From the IMG/VR virus record IMGVR_UViG_3300030060_003581, positions 1-59,746 of that record: a stretch of DNA of 59,746 bases; one strand, written 5' to 3'. Below are positions 9,892 through 19,536 of this stretch, one piece after another. Numbering within the stretch: the stretch's first letter is position 1; each line of letters begins with the position of its first letter. Both the position numbers and the translations under genes were made by a program. The notes beneath the pieces were generated by a model that saw only the letters and a program-made list of their open reading frames with translations, was not told the origin of the DNA and ran no database searches. This DNA comes from a virus (taxonomy: Duplodnaviria > Caudoviricetes).

Positions 9892-10231
9892 CAGTCACAC
9901 CTACGCCCCATCTGTCGTTAAAGTCTTTTGGAACATCAAGCACTACTGAGCCTTCGGGTGGCTGGTCTGCCCTTCCCATAATTAATACTAACTGTGATTC
10001 AGCAATAAGCCTACCAAAACGGCTATCGGGAATCCAATATAGCGTATCAAACTGCATTAAGTTTGCTGGGTTATCCGGCTTACGGCTTGGTGGCAGGGCT
10101 AGTCTAAGAAGGAAGCCACTACCACTAAGCCAATGCTCAACCATATGCTTTAGGTCATTGACCTTAGCACCTTTAGGTGCTACTATACCACGACTTTTTA
10201 GTGTCTTGAGTAGTTTTATCTTGTCAGACAA
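9875..10231 (-). CDS. Hypothetical protein after MCP (N-terminal HeH/LEM-like segment)
   Basis: LKSRGIVAPKGAKVNDLKHMV segment; start uncertain. Confidence 0.5.
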   Translation of the reverse strand: MSDKIKLLKTLKSRGIVAPKGAKVNDLKHMVEHWLSGSGFLLRLALPPSRKPDNPANLMQFDTLYWIPDSRFGRLIAESQLVLIMGRADQPPEGSVVLDVPKDFNDRWGVGVTDGSNN

Positions 10232-10244
10232 GTATAACCCTCAA

Positions 10245-11171
10245 TCACAAGCAACCGGTGATAGTGCATATTCGCATGGTCTTGCCAGCAGCAGCACCGT
10301 CTTGGTGTTCGTGGATAACGCTTCCCATGTAGGAAGTTAGCAACCATGAGAACCCGACACCCTCGATACGAGTTAGTTCAGTCTCTTGGAATCCAGCACC
10401 GTTGTATTGGAATAGTTCAGCAGTTTCAGCGCCCGGAACCATCAAGATAGCACCGACTGTTCCAGCACCAGCAGCAGGGATAGCGTTTGTGCCACCGTAG
10501 TCACGGGTGTAGTATACATCAAGTCCGATTTGAGAGTTTAGTCTCTCTTGTAGGGACATTAATACATTTGTGTAAAGACGGGTGTTTAGCATATCTCCAC
10601 GAAGTTCAGCAGGTAGGACTAATGCTAGTCTCTCGTTACCGGAAACTCTTGCGTTCTTGAAAATCAAGTCCATAGCGTTTAGAACATCTGCTTCGGGGTC
10701 TGCACCACCAGCACTCCAAAGAGCAGTAGCCGCTTGGGACTGACCTGCGCCAGCAACCAACTTTGTTAGAACATGGTTGTCGATTAGGTCTGCTCTTGCT
10801 TGGATGATAGCCAACTGTTGCCTGTTCATGTTGTCCCATGTCTCTCCACGAAGTAGTGTTGAGTCTAGGAAAACACATCGGCCTTGTCCCTTCTCAAGTT
10901 TGACTGAGTAGTTCTCAGTTCCAATCTTGGTTGGGTCAACAACTGCGTTGTCATCTAGTGGGTATGTGAATGTTCCACTTGCACCTGTATACCAAGTGAA
11001 AGTAAGCCAATTTACATTTCGTGTTCCAACTAGGTTAGTAGCAATCGCAATTGTAGTGGATTGCAGTTGGATAAAGTCTCTCAGTGTTTGCTCTAGCACT
11101 GCGTCACCCTTGCCGAAAGGCCCGGTTGCAGCAGATACATTTAGTATTTTTTCTAATGATTCGTTTGCCAT
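10245..11171 (-). CDS. Major capsid protein (HK97 fold)
   Basis: About 308 aa from MANESLEK with GGAGATGA RBS. Position after protease/decoration genes; W..GGADPEADV motif. Confidence 0.8.
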   Translation of the reverse strand: MANESLEKILNVSAATGPFGKGDAVLEQTLRDFIQLQSTTIAIATNLVGTRNVNWLTFTWYTGASGTFTYPLDDNAVVDPTKIGTENYSVKLEKGQGRCVFLDSTLLRGETWDNMNRQQLAIIQARADLIDNHVLTKLVAGAGQSQAATALWSAGGADPEADVLNAMDLIFKNARVSGNERLALVLPAELRGDMLNTRLYTNVLMSLQERLNSQIGLDVYYTRDYGGTNAIPAAGAGTVGAILMVPGAETAELFQYNGAGFQETELTRIEGVGFSWLLTSYMGSVIHEHQDGAAAGKTMRICTITGCL

Positions 11172-11188
11172 TTTCTCATCTCCTTTAA

Positions 11189-11599
11189 TTAAGCCGCCCT
11201 GCAAAGGACAGGAATCAAATCTCCGCTAGCAGGGGTTATTCCGTCTTCACCCATGTAGTAGCCCACAAACTTTGCCCCGGAGGCAGTAGTGTGAACAAAT
11301 CCATCATTGTTGTCATCAACATACAATGATTCTCCGGTCTTTAGCGCACCGCCGCCGACACACTTAATCATTTGAACGCCGGTCAAAGGAACAATACTTA
11401 CTGTTCCTGTTCCAGCGGCTTCTAGTGCGCCTGCTGCATCTCTGCTTGATTCGTCTATTGTTACACCGATTGGCACATCTGCTTTCGCAGTTGTAATCAT
11501 AATACCAGCAGCATTATACTTGACTAGCAAGCCCATGCTTGAAAAGGTATTCTGAATGTCCGCACAGTTAACAGGGTCAATTCCGCTATACATACTCAT
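11189..11599 (-). CDS. Capsid decoration/cement protein
   Basis: 136 aa, GLLVK...PIGVT...GDLIPV beta-tulip-like pattern, immediately upstream of the MCP. Confidence 0.65.
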   Translation of the reverse strand: MSMYSGIDPVNCADIQNTFSSMGLLVKYNAAGIMITTAKADVPIGVTIDESSRDAAGALEAAGTGTVSIVPLTGVQMIKCVGGGALKTGESLYVDDNNDGFVHTTASGAKFVGYYMGEDGITPASGDLIPVLCRAA

Positions 11600-11614
11600 T
11601 TTTCATCATCTCCA

Positions 11615-12088
11615 TTATTGTTTTAGTTCCTCATAGGTTTTCGCAGGTGTTTCATCAGATGCGATAAAGCCGTTGTAGGCATTTACCCATGAATTGTAAC
11701 ACCTTGAATACAAGGATTCTTTTGACTCAACGAGTGTTCCGTTGAGGTAGTTTGCGACAACAGGTTCTTCTGTTACGCTTTCTTCGACAGGTGCTTCCGG
11801 TGAAACACTTGCTTCGACAGGTGACATTTCGACCGCAGGTTCTTCAACTGCTGGTCGGGATGCTTCCCAAGAAGCAATCATGCTTTCTAGGGTTTCCATT
11901 GTAAAGTCATCATGGCCGCTAAGTCCTAAGTCGGATGCTTTGCGAACCAATTCCATTCTATCTTCTTCGGCTCTTGCAGTTTCAGCAGCCTCGAACTCAG
12001 CGATTCGAGCCTTCTCCAAAACAAGTGAAGCCTTTAGTGCTTCAATCTCGGAAGCCATATTATCAATCTCGTTATTATCATCGGTCAT
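11615..12088 (-). CDS. Nested in-frame scaffolding protein (157 aa)
   Basis: Internal ATG (MTDDNNEID) with GAAGGTGA RBS and an upstream late-promoter-like motif; acidic coiled coil. Confidence 0.6.
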   Translation of the reverse strand: MTDDNNEIDNMASEIEALKASLVLEKARIAEFEAAETARAEEDRMELVRKASDLGLSGHDDFTMETLESMIASWEASRPAVEEPAVEMSPVEASVSPEAPVEESVTEEPVVANYLNGTLVESKESLYSRCYNSWVNAYNGFIASDETPAKTYEELKQ

Positions 12089-13891
12089 TTCATTCACCTT
12101 CGATTGGTTCACGCTACTATTGGTTTGATACTTAAAGTTTTCATTGGCTTCAACCCTTTCGACCCTTTCTATATTGGCATCCTTATATGCCGGTCGATGG
12201 ACTATTGCTAAGTGGTCGAACTTAAAATCGTCTGCGAACCACATAGTTGGGCGACCACCTTCAACTTCTGCTTCGATAACTTCCGAAGGAACTCCTGTGC
12301 CACCAATAGATACTCCATAATCAGTCTTCATCCATAGACCGGACTCAAGAGCCTCGAATAGTTCGGGTCTGCGAACTTCTGCTACATACTTTACTACATA
12401 GCCTCCGTTCCTTTCGTGATAAGAACCCTTAGTAACTGTTCCTACCACTGCTTCATCAACTCCACCACTCATGTTGCGGGTAAATCTGCCACCTTTTGCT
12501 TTAGGATGATTTAATGTTACATCAGCACCTACCATATCATCAGCAAGTCTTTTAGCCAACTGTGGTCTAATACCCCATGAGTTCTTGTTAACTCCTTCGT
12601 GGAATGCAATACCGCTAATTCTTACAATAGTTTCTCCGGTAGTAGCAACAATAGAAGTCTCGACTTCAAGAATATCAATGTCTAAAGTAACTGCTACTCT
12701 AACACATTTACCATTACGCATTTCCTTACCGGGTGGACAAGTATCGCCATTATGATAATTACTCATGTAATCATCATCTTTGTCTTTGTATCCTTCAACT
12801 TCTTCACGCTTTGGTGGAATGTCCTTGCCTTTATTCTTTTCCATGTATTCTTCATGGGTCTTGCCGGGCATATATACCTTCATTCCATCTTCCTCATGCG
12901 TATGAATACCATCAAGCCCCATTTCCTTAGCCCTATCCATAGCCTCGCCCGGATTGTCAAATACATCTTTGCGAATCATCTTGGATATAAACTCCTCAAA
13001 CATCTGTTCCTCAGATGCTTTTCGTGGGTGTCCCTTTGGCAGCAAGTCGTTATCCTGTGTGTATTTAGGATTGGATGGCTTGCCACTTCTAACTAACTTT
13101 AGGAATGCGTTAACTCTAGCCATAGACCATGCGGCTCTTGAAACTCCGGGTCTGTGGGAAGTCGAGTATGCGCCTGCGCCCCTACGATAAACTGCCTTGA
13201 GCATACCAAGTGTTACTTTGCGGTCAGACTTTTCATTGTGTTCTGATACCTTCTTTTTTAGTGAGTTAGTAACTGATTCTGAAAAAGTAACCTTGCCCTT
13301 TGAATCTTTAGCAGAATCCTTTTTGTTTTTTGGAGAACCTTTGATTCTATCTTTTTTAGGTGCTGGTGTTGAGCGAGGGTCGTCATTTGCTTCGACCGGC
13401 TCATCATCACAACAGTCGCTACCGCAACCGCAATCTTCATCGGCCTTTACCTTAGCGCCACTGCGCCATTGATAACAAGACCAATATCGGGCTTTCCATT
13501 TTGGCCCCGGACTATCGCAGTTGTGACGAGAACGGAAGTTTTTACGCCTCTCGGGGTCGTCACGCTTGATTTCCATATTAGGGTCTCCAAAGCGAACTAT
13601 GACTACTTTGCCGGACTCATTCTTTGTGTATACTGCAAACTTTTTGCTTTCGCCCGGTGTGCGGAATGGCTTGTTAAGTGTTACTTTACGACCTTGATAT
13701 TCAGCCGCCGTTACATCTTCTGCGCCCCAATCTTCATATTCTTCTGTGGCGGTTTTGTCTTTATCCTCAAAGTAAGAACTGCACACTGCTGCTCTTTGCT
13801 GAGGGTTGCCGAACTCGTCAAGCATTTTATCATCTCCCATACAACGGGACATGAACTCGTCTTTGCTTTCTCCTTCTTTTGGTGTAGGCAT
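11615..13891 (-). CDS. Prohead protease-scaffold polyprotein with N-terminal accessory modules
   Basis: Protease-like core (GIAFHEGVNKN, TLNHP, GVSIGG, DHLAIVHRPAY), C-terminal coiled-coil scaffold, several small N-terminal domains. Confidence 0.8.
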   Translation of the reverse strand: MPTPKEGESKDEFMSRCMGDDKMLDEFGNPQQRAAVCSSYFEDKDKTATEEYEDWGAEDVTAAEYQGRKVTLNKPFRTPGESKKFAVYTKNESGKVVIVRFGDPNMEIKRDDPERRKNFRSRHNCDSPGPKWKARYWSCYQWRSGAKVKADEDCGCGSDCCDDEPVEANDDPRSTPAPKKDRIKGSPKNKKDSAKDSKGKVTFSESVTNSLKKKVSEHNEKSDRKVTLGMLKAVYRRGAGAYSTSHRPGVSRAAWSMARVNAFLKLVRSGKPSNPKYTQDNDLLPKGHPRKASEEQMFEEFISKMIRKDVFDNPGEAMDRAKEMGLDGIHTHEEDGMKVYMPGKTHEEYMEKNKGKDIPPKREEVEGYKDKDDDYMSNYHNGDTCPPGKEMRNGKCVRVAVTLDIDILEVETSIVATTGETIVRISGIAFHEGVNKNSWGIRPQLAKRLADDMVGADVTLNHPKAKGGRFTRNMSGGVDEAVVGTVTKGSYHERNGGYVVKYVAEVRRPELFEALESGLWMKTDYGVSIGGTGVPSEVIEAEVEGGRPTMWFADDFKFDHLAIVHRPAYKDANIERVERVEANENFKYQTNSSVNQSKVNEMTDDNNEIDNMASEIEALKASLVLEKARIAEFEAAETARAEEDRMELVRKASDLGLSGHDDFTMETLESMIASWEASRPAVEEPAVEMSPVEASVSPEAPVEESVTEEPVVANYLNGTLVESKESLYSRCYNSWVNAYNGFIASDETPAKTYEELKQ
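12111..12140 (-). promoter_or_regulatory. Putative internal late promoter
   Basis: Minus-strand AAACTTTAAGTATCAAACCAATAGTAGCGT, similar to 3566-3597. Confidence 0.5.
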
Positions 13892-13895
13892 AATA

Positions 13896-14330
13896 TCACT
13901 TCTTCTTCTTAGGGACTAGTGTTTTAACATCTAATGGCATTCTTAATTTATCCATTTCCTGTGAGTGTTCTTGAGCCATTTGTTGTAGCAGTTGCTCATG
14001 TTTTTGAGCCAACTTTTCTAATTCAATTACATGCTCTTTGTGTGCAGCATCACGGTCACGGTCATGCTTTAGTTCAGTAGGAATATTATCAACTTCTTGA
14101 GTTTGTTCGGACTCCCACATACGCAACACAGTCTGTAATGCTGGCGCAGCAGTTCCGCCGATAATTGCTATTAGTGCGATAAATCCGTCAAGATTCAGCA
14201 ATACAACATCGGGCTTCCATATACCCATAGCAACTACTGAACCACAAGCCATAAGCCACAAATAAATCGCAGGTATAACTGTGCGTTTTACCATCTTATC
14301 GTTAAACGATTGGTTTTTGTTATTCTTCAT
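13896..14330 (-). CDS. Two-TM membrane protein with C-terminal coiled coil
   Basis: Two hydrophobic helices, then a His/Glu/Gln-rich helix. Confidence 0.65.
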   Translation of the reverse strand: MKNNKNQSFNDKMVKRTVIPAIYLWLMACGSVVAMGIWKPDVVLLNLDGFIALIAIIGGTAAPALQTVLRMWESEQTQEVDNIPTELKHDRDRDAAHKEHVIELEKLAQKHEQLLQQMAQEHSQEMDKLRMPLDVKTLVPKKKK

Positions 14331-14790
14331 TGTCTAACCTCCATATTTGTTTGCCGGTGTCTGATATACTATGGTATAACCACTCCGGCATTAAATCTGA
14401 AACATCGTGTATGCTTTGAACCTTTGTGTAACCTAATTTACTTATTACTGAAATTAGGTTTTGCATTTTAGCATTTTCTATTGGATTTACAACTGTTACC
14501 TTACTTCTATTTTTCATATGCGGTGCGTTGTTTCTATACTCTAATAACAAACTATGTAGTCCTTTTCCTCTCCAACCTTCTCTAACATATGTGTTGCCTA
14601 CAAACGCATAATCACCACTCATCGTCAAAGATGATGTGTATGCAATTGCTTTGTTATTATCAAACAAAACCCAATGACACATTTTATCGAAAATCTGAGG
14701 ATAGCCTTTTTCACTTGCTCTTGGTAATGAAGAACCCCAAACACGCTCTAGTTCTTCATGTGTTAGTGCAAAATCAAACCTAAGATTCAT
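14320..14790 (-). CDS. GNAT-family acetyltransferase
   Basis: Motif A YVREGWRGKGLHSLL and KLGY motif B. Confidence 0.75.
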   Translation of the reverse strand: MNLRFDFALTHEELERVWGSSLPRASEKGYPQIFDKMCHWVLFDNNKAIAYTSSLTMSGDYAFVGNTYVREGWRGKGLHSLLLEYRNNAPHMKNRSKVTVVNPIENAKMQNLISVISKLGYTKVQSIHDVSDLMPEWLYHSISDTGKQIWRLDNEE

Positions 14791-14798
14791 ACAATCAC

Positions 14799-16181
14799 CT
14801 ACTGAATATCATTTGGTTTGTTTTCATTTTGTCTAGGTAAATCACCCATTCCTGTTTTAGTAGGCGCTTTGTATCTTTGACTACCTAGTTCCGCTGATTC
14901 TCTAGGCAAACTTAGTTCTTCCCTTGCCTCATTGAGCGTAGTGATACCTGCTTCATAAGCCAATACGACCCTACGGGTAGTATCAAACTCGGATTCTTCA
15001 TCTAGTGGGTCAAACATAATTACAGGAATGTCTGCATTTTTATGTTCTATTCCCAATAACTCTAAGTGCTTTGAAAATAAACTGCTTATTGACTGTGCTA
15101 ATACATTCTGTAATCTGCGGATAGATTGCACCGACCACTGAGAAGCGTTAAATGTTGCCGCAAAGGTTGAACCACGCTCTTGACCCATAGAAACTCTTGG
15201 GACATGAAGCACTGCTGAAATGTCAGCATTTACATTGTCAAGGAATGACGAGTTATCGGGGATTGTATTTTTCAAATCCACGAACTTCATATCAACATAG
15301 TGTGGTAGGATAGGCACTTGGTCTGAGCGTAGCCCATCAAGAAGTGAACCTACACTATCCATAATGTTTTCAAGGCGCTCAGAAGCCTCATCCGGGTCTT
15401 GTATATTTGCGATTGCTTCCGGCCCAATTGTGACATACTGCTTGGTTAGGCTATCTTCTAAAGCAATACGATTATTCATGCTGTTATACTTAGCACGAAT
15501 CGCTTGTTTTAGTGCGGAGAATCGGGACGCACCCCAAATACCGTAAGTCCAGCGTCCCATGCTATCAATATACCAATTAGAACGGTAGTCTATTTTAATG
15601 TGCAGTATTTCATTTGCTGGATACTTTGCACTATTCATAGCATTTTCCTTGTAAAGATAAAACTTAGGTTCCATGATAGCATATTCTTTTGTAGCCGAAA
15701 ACGGTATCTTTCTATCATCAACTATGGTAATGTAACTTATTGGCAAAGATTGTAGTCTTGTTATACCAACTCCTGTTTTACCTACTAGTTTGCTAATATC
15801 ATTTCCATAAACCATTAAGTTTCTCATAGCGTTGATTAGAAAATCATCAAAATCAAGAGTATTTTCTGTCAAATCTTTGATTGCGTTTCTAATCTGTGCG
15901 TTTCTGCCACCAACTATTGTGTATTTATTAGCAGTTAAAGCAATAGTTCTAACTGCTCCGTTTAGTTCGGGGTCAAAATTAAGCATATCGTCATACAAAT
16001 CAAACTCATTTGTATTATTAAATGTGCTTTGGGTCATATCCTCAGTATCTTTTACGATATTACTAATACCAGCAGACATAACTTCAAACGGGCTTTTTAC
16101 ATTTGCTCCAACAGTAGTTCTAAGAGGAACTGATTCTGATGCCTCGGTCTTAGCAGTTTTCCAAAAGTTATACCACGCCAT
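14799..16181 (-). CDS. Portal protein
   Basis: 460 aa after TerL; NLMVYGN, EILHIK, YGIWGAS, GITTLNEAREELSL motifs. Confidence 0.9.
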   Translation of the reverse strand: MAWYNFWKTAKTEASESVPLRTTVGANVKSPFEVMSAGISNIVKDTEDMTQSTFNNTNEFDLYDDMLNFDPELNGAVRTIALTANKYTIVGGRNAQIRNAIKDLTENTLDFDDFLINAMRNLMVYGNDISKLVGKTGVGITRLQSLPISYITIVDDRKIPFSATKEYAIMEPKFYLYKENAMNSAKYPANEILHIKIDYRSNWYIDSMGRWTYGIWGASRFSALKQAIRAKYNSMNNRIALEDSLTKQYVTIGPEAIANIQDPDEASERLENIMDSVGSLLDGLRSDQVPILPHYVDMKFVDLKNTIPDNSSFLDNVNADISAVLHVPRVSMGQERGSTFAATFNASQWSVQSIRRLQNVLAQSISSLFSKHLELLGIEHKNADIPVIMFDPLDEESEFDTTRRVVLAYEAGITTLNEAREELSLPRESAELGSQRYKAPTKTGMGDLPRQNENKPNDIQ

Positions 16182-16208
16182 GAAAAAACCTACTTATTGT
16201 GTGCTATT

Positions 16209-16331
16209 TCAAGGTTCTTCATGCCAAATAGACTTTTTTGGCTTTTTTCGTTTATAAATTAATATAGAAACACCAAGCCAAAACAAAACTTCGAGAATTA
16301 AAAGTCCTATTCCTATCCCAAATAACTCCAT
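16209..16331 (-). CDS. Small single-TM protein (40 aa)
   Basis: Not in track; MELFGIGIGLLILEVLFWLGVSILIYKRKKPKK... Confidence 0.5.
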   Translation of the reverse strand: MELFGIGIGLLILEVLFWLGVSILIYKRKKPKKSIWHEEP

Positions 16332-16335
16332 GTTA

Positions 16336-17853
16336 TCATAACCTTACATATTTGCCTTTGGTTGGTCTGCGGTTTATACCTTTTGGTTTTTTGTTTCCTT
16401 TAGTTCCCCACCCACCCATGCTAGTTTTTTTAGAAATCATAGGCATTAGGTCATTTGTTTTTGATTTGAATTGGTCTATTGCGTGTGCAAAAGCCATAAC
16501 TGTATCGTTATGCTTGCCCACATCAACAATATCACCGTTTTTCCAAACATGCGCTTCTAATTCATCAAGAATAATGTTGACTTTTTTTCGTGTAGCGTCA
16601 TCTCCATATGGAAATACTACTAATTCTCTCTCAAACCAAACTCGCAACCTATTCATTAATCCTTGCTTGAGTCCTTTGTTGGATGCTTTAGATGGCTTGT
16701 AATCAACAATTGCGCCTTTTTGCTGAATAACTGTTTCGTAAAGTCGCTGAAAACCTACATCTTCTGCTGCTACTGAACATTTGTATAACTTTGCCCACTC
16801 AATAATAACATCTGCTTGTCTATCCGGCGGGAAATCATTTTTGCGCCACATATCAACAAAATGCACATACCCCTGTTCATCTTGGCGCAAACATATTAAG
16901 ACGGAGTAATCTTTGCCTATACCATGAGCGGGGTCGAATCCGAGGATGAAGGCACTATTGTCCAATTGACTGTTGAAACCACCAACGGCAGTTATGTCTA
17001 TGTTTTTTCTGATGAGATGCCTATTGAACACTTGGGAATCATCGTCCACGACCTTACACAAATACTCCTGTGCGAAAGCGAGGTCGTCGTCTATGCTGAT
17101 TTTCTGTTCCAGCAAAAACTCGGTGGGTCTGAACTCGGCCCACAATGGCAATAAAGGAATATTATCGGGGTCTGCTCTATGCTCATCCCAATTGGGAAAT
17201 GCAGACCAAACTCCCGATTTCCAAACTGCTTTTGCTTTTTCAGATAACATTTCAGTATGATAAAGGTCAGTATGAGACATAGGTGTGCCTACGCAAAATA
17301 ATGATGTGCCGGGGTCTAACATAGGTGTGATTACCTTCTTGAACCACTCAGCAACAGTCTCCATAGTCATGTCACCCATCTCAGCAAGCACATCATCAAG
17401 TGCTACTACCGCAGGGTGTTCACCACGAATAGCAGAACCTACACCGGTTGCTTGAATCCAAGCCCCATTTGTAAATTGTATTCTATTTTTATTTGACTTT
17501 TTTTCATCAAGATACTTTCGTAGTTCGGGATGCCTACGCATATCCGTTTTGATTTCCTCAAGACGATTTGTAGCCTGCCGTATGCTTGCTGAAAATAACC
17601 ATACTTCCATAGGCTGACCGTTGCGCCTTTCAAACAAACACATATGCAGTAGTTTAACTCGAAGTGTAGCAGACTTACTGTGAGAACGGGGGGCAATAAT
17701 ACAGACACGGTGGACTTGAGCGCCCTTTCTATTACCGTATAGTTCCATCCATTCCCCTATATGGTCTGCCCATTTATATTCGGGAGACAACCATTCGTAA
17801 AAATGTCTTATGTCGTGGCGTGAACGCTCGAAGTTAAAGTTAGGCATTACCAT
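16336..17853 (-). CDS. terL: Terminase large subunit
   Basis: Walker A APRSHSKS, Walker B VALDD, GTP coupling motif, nuclease GFDPA and KHNDTVMA motifs. Confidence 0.95.
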   Translation of the reverse strand: MVMPNFNFERSRHDIRHFYEWLSPEYKWADHIGEWMELYGNRKGAQVHRVCIIAPRSHSKSATLRVKLLHMCLFERRNGQPMEVWLFSASIRQATNRLEEIKTDMRRHPELRKYLDEKKSNKNRIQFTNGAWIQATGVGSAIRGEHPAVVALDDVLAEMGDMTMETVAEWFKKVITPMLDPGTSLFCVGTPMSHTDLYHTEMLSEKAKAVWKSGVWSAFPNWDEHRADPDNIPLLPLWAEFRPTEFLLEQKISIDDDLAFAQEYLCKVVDDDSQVFNRHLIRKNIDITAVGGFNSQLDNSAFILGFDPAHGIGKDYSVLICLRQDEQGYVHFVDMWRKNDFPPDRQADVIIEWAKLYKCSVAAEDVGFQRLYETVIQQKGAIVDYKPSKASNKGLKQGLMNRLRVWFERELVVFPYGDDATRKKVNIILDELEAHVWKNGDIVDVGKHNDTVMAFAHAIDQFKSKTNDLMPMISKKTSMGGWGTKGNKKPKGINRRPTKGKYVRL

Positions 17854-17999
17854 TATCTCACCACTCTCATGTTACCACAGTAAATACTTCGCTTTTGTTT
17901 GGGACACCATTTGGTGCATGAAGTGTAACAAGCGTTTGCTTCACGACCACAGTTGTTACATTTGCGTAACTTTCTATGGAATCTGTGTCCTCCGGCCAT
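17853..17999 (-). CDS. Small basic Cys-rich protein (48 aa)
   Basis: Not in track; MAGGHRFHRKLRKCNNCGREANAC...CGNMRVVR; TAATG overlap with terL. Confidence 0.5.
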   Translation of the reverse strand: MAGGHRFHRKLRKCNNCGREANACYTSCTKWCPKQKRSIYCGNMRVVR

Positions 18000-18001
18000 G
18001 A

Positions 18002-19369
18002 TTAACCCTCATGCACTACCGGTGCGAATAGAGAACCTATGTATCCTTCCTTCTTGTCAATCAAGTAAGCAGCCAAACCTGCGGTGCTTGTAGTGTAGCC
18101 GCTTCTTGCATGGTATCTATCGTGACCTGCAAGGGATGGCATTTGCACAATAAGGCATCCGTCTTTTTCAGTTAGGCGTTGATGATGAAGGTGTCCGTGA
18201 AACCATACTCTATGCTCAGTGTCGCCCCATTCCTTCTTTGCTTCATTAGCCATTAGGCCAGCAAGACTAATTGAACGCTTTAGTCCGTCACCATGAGTGA
18301 ACCCAAGTAAGGTTGAGCCATATGTTAGATAGCGCCTGTTCATAGAGGATATTGTGATTGTTACATCTTCAATGTCCTCATATGCTGCTGATAGATACAT
18401 CATAAGTCCAATAGTCGAATGACGGTCGTGGTTGCCCGGCATCATTACTACTTCAACAGGTGCAATCTGTCGCATTAAGTCAATGTGTTCTCGGGCTAAC
18501 TTGCATCCTGTGATAAGGATTTGAGCCGGAGTAGCACACATATCTTGCGGAGTTCCCTTTGTAGTAGCACCATAATCATTATCAACATGGAACCAATCAG
18601 AACCAGCACCAACATAGATTTTGTCGGGCGCAGATGGTAGTCTGCTAACAAGGCTTTCGGTCTTTTCCATAAGGCGCTTTCGTGCCTCATCAAAGTCGTA
18701 AGTCTCTCCTACTTCATCCTCCCAGCCGTATTTGCCCCAATGGAAATCAGTAGGGCAGACTACAAGAGCATATGGTGTTGGTGCAACAGGTAACTTTAGT
18801 TTTGGAACCGAGTTACTTGCTTTCGGTAGGTCTTTTAGGTAGTTTAGTTTGTAATTTAAGTCACGCCACTTGACGGCATCTTCCTCAATGGCCTTACGCT
18901 CACGCTTGTATATTTGCTGAGCAGCGTTATGTTTGCGAGCCGCAAGCAGTTCGTCAATATGTTTTTCTGAATCGCCTAGCAGTTGCTCGTTTGTTAGTGG
19001 GACAGTATTATGTGTAAAGCCGTGAACTCGCTTGTAAGCCATAAAGTGTTCAACCGGCATATCGTATTTTAGTGCAATTTCAGCACCGGTCATTTCGCTA
19101 CCACCGTGACTAGAATAATCTTTGAGCATGGCTCGGTGTTGCTCACCGGACATGACTATTTCACCCGTTGCTATATGTGTTGTATAGGTGTCGGAAGACT
19201 CGTCATACTCGTATGATTCGTTTTGACAAGATGCCTCATGCCTAATCAGCCTTGCTTCCCAAGCCTTTACTGTAAGTTCGGGATATAGTTTGTTTAGGTG
19301 TCGGGCATAACCAAGTCTTGTTCCGGGGTGTTCGTCTAAGTGCTTTTCGATGGTTATTGTATAGTCCAT
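18002..19369 (-). CDS. Calcineurin-like metallophosphoesterase with N-terminal HTH-like region
   Basis: TDFHWG, GSDWFH, PGNHD, THGD, GHLHH motifs; probable start MDYTIT at 19369. Confidence 0.85.
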   Translation of the reverse strand: MDYTITIEKHLDEHPGTRLGYARHLNKLYPELTVKAWEARLIRHEASCQNESYEYDESSDTYTTHIATGEIVMSGEQHRAMLKDYSSHGGSEMTGAEIALKYDMPVEHFMAYKRVHGFTHNTVPLTNEQLLGDSEKHIDELLAARKHNAAQQIYKRERKAIEEDAVKWRDLNYKLNYLKDLPKASNSVPKLKLPVAPTPYALVVCPTDFHWGKYGWEDEVGETYDFDEARKRLMEKTESLVSRLPSAPDKIYVGAGSDWFHVDNDYGATTKGTPQDMCATPAQILITGCKLAREHIDLMRQIAPVEVVMMPGNHDRHSTIGLMMYLSAAYEDIEDVTITISSMNRRYLTYGSTLLGFTHGDGLKRSISLAGLMANEAKKEWGDTEHRVWFHGHLHHQRLTEKDGCLIVQMPSLAGHDRYHARSGYTTSTAGLAAYLIDKKEGYIGSLFAPVVHEG

Positions 19370-19491
19370 TAATATACGGGTGTTCACGCCACCTTATCAA
19401 TGTTTTCCAAAAAAATATTAAAAAAAACGCATGGTGCTTGGCTGTCGCTATATGTGCCATAGATGTGATTTTTGGCGGATGCTAACGCAGT

Positions 19492-19522
19492 AAAAAAGGT
19501 GGGCAGTTTCGAGTGATGCCCA
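19492..19522 (-). terminator. Hairpin plus U-tract terminator
   Basis: TGGGCA...TGCCCA followed by CCTTTTTT on the minus strand. Confidence 0.6.
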
Positions 19523-19536
19523 GCACTTTCCAGACC

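Noticed and set aside
1425-17260. Plus-strand ORFs in the structural region (e.g. 1425..1748, 9879..10340, 13469..13912, 15832..16257)
   Set aside because: Antisense shadows of well-supported minus-strand genes, without RBS or motifs
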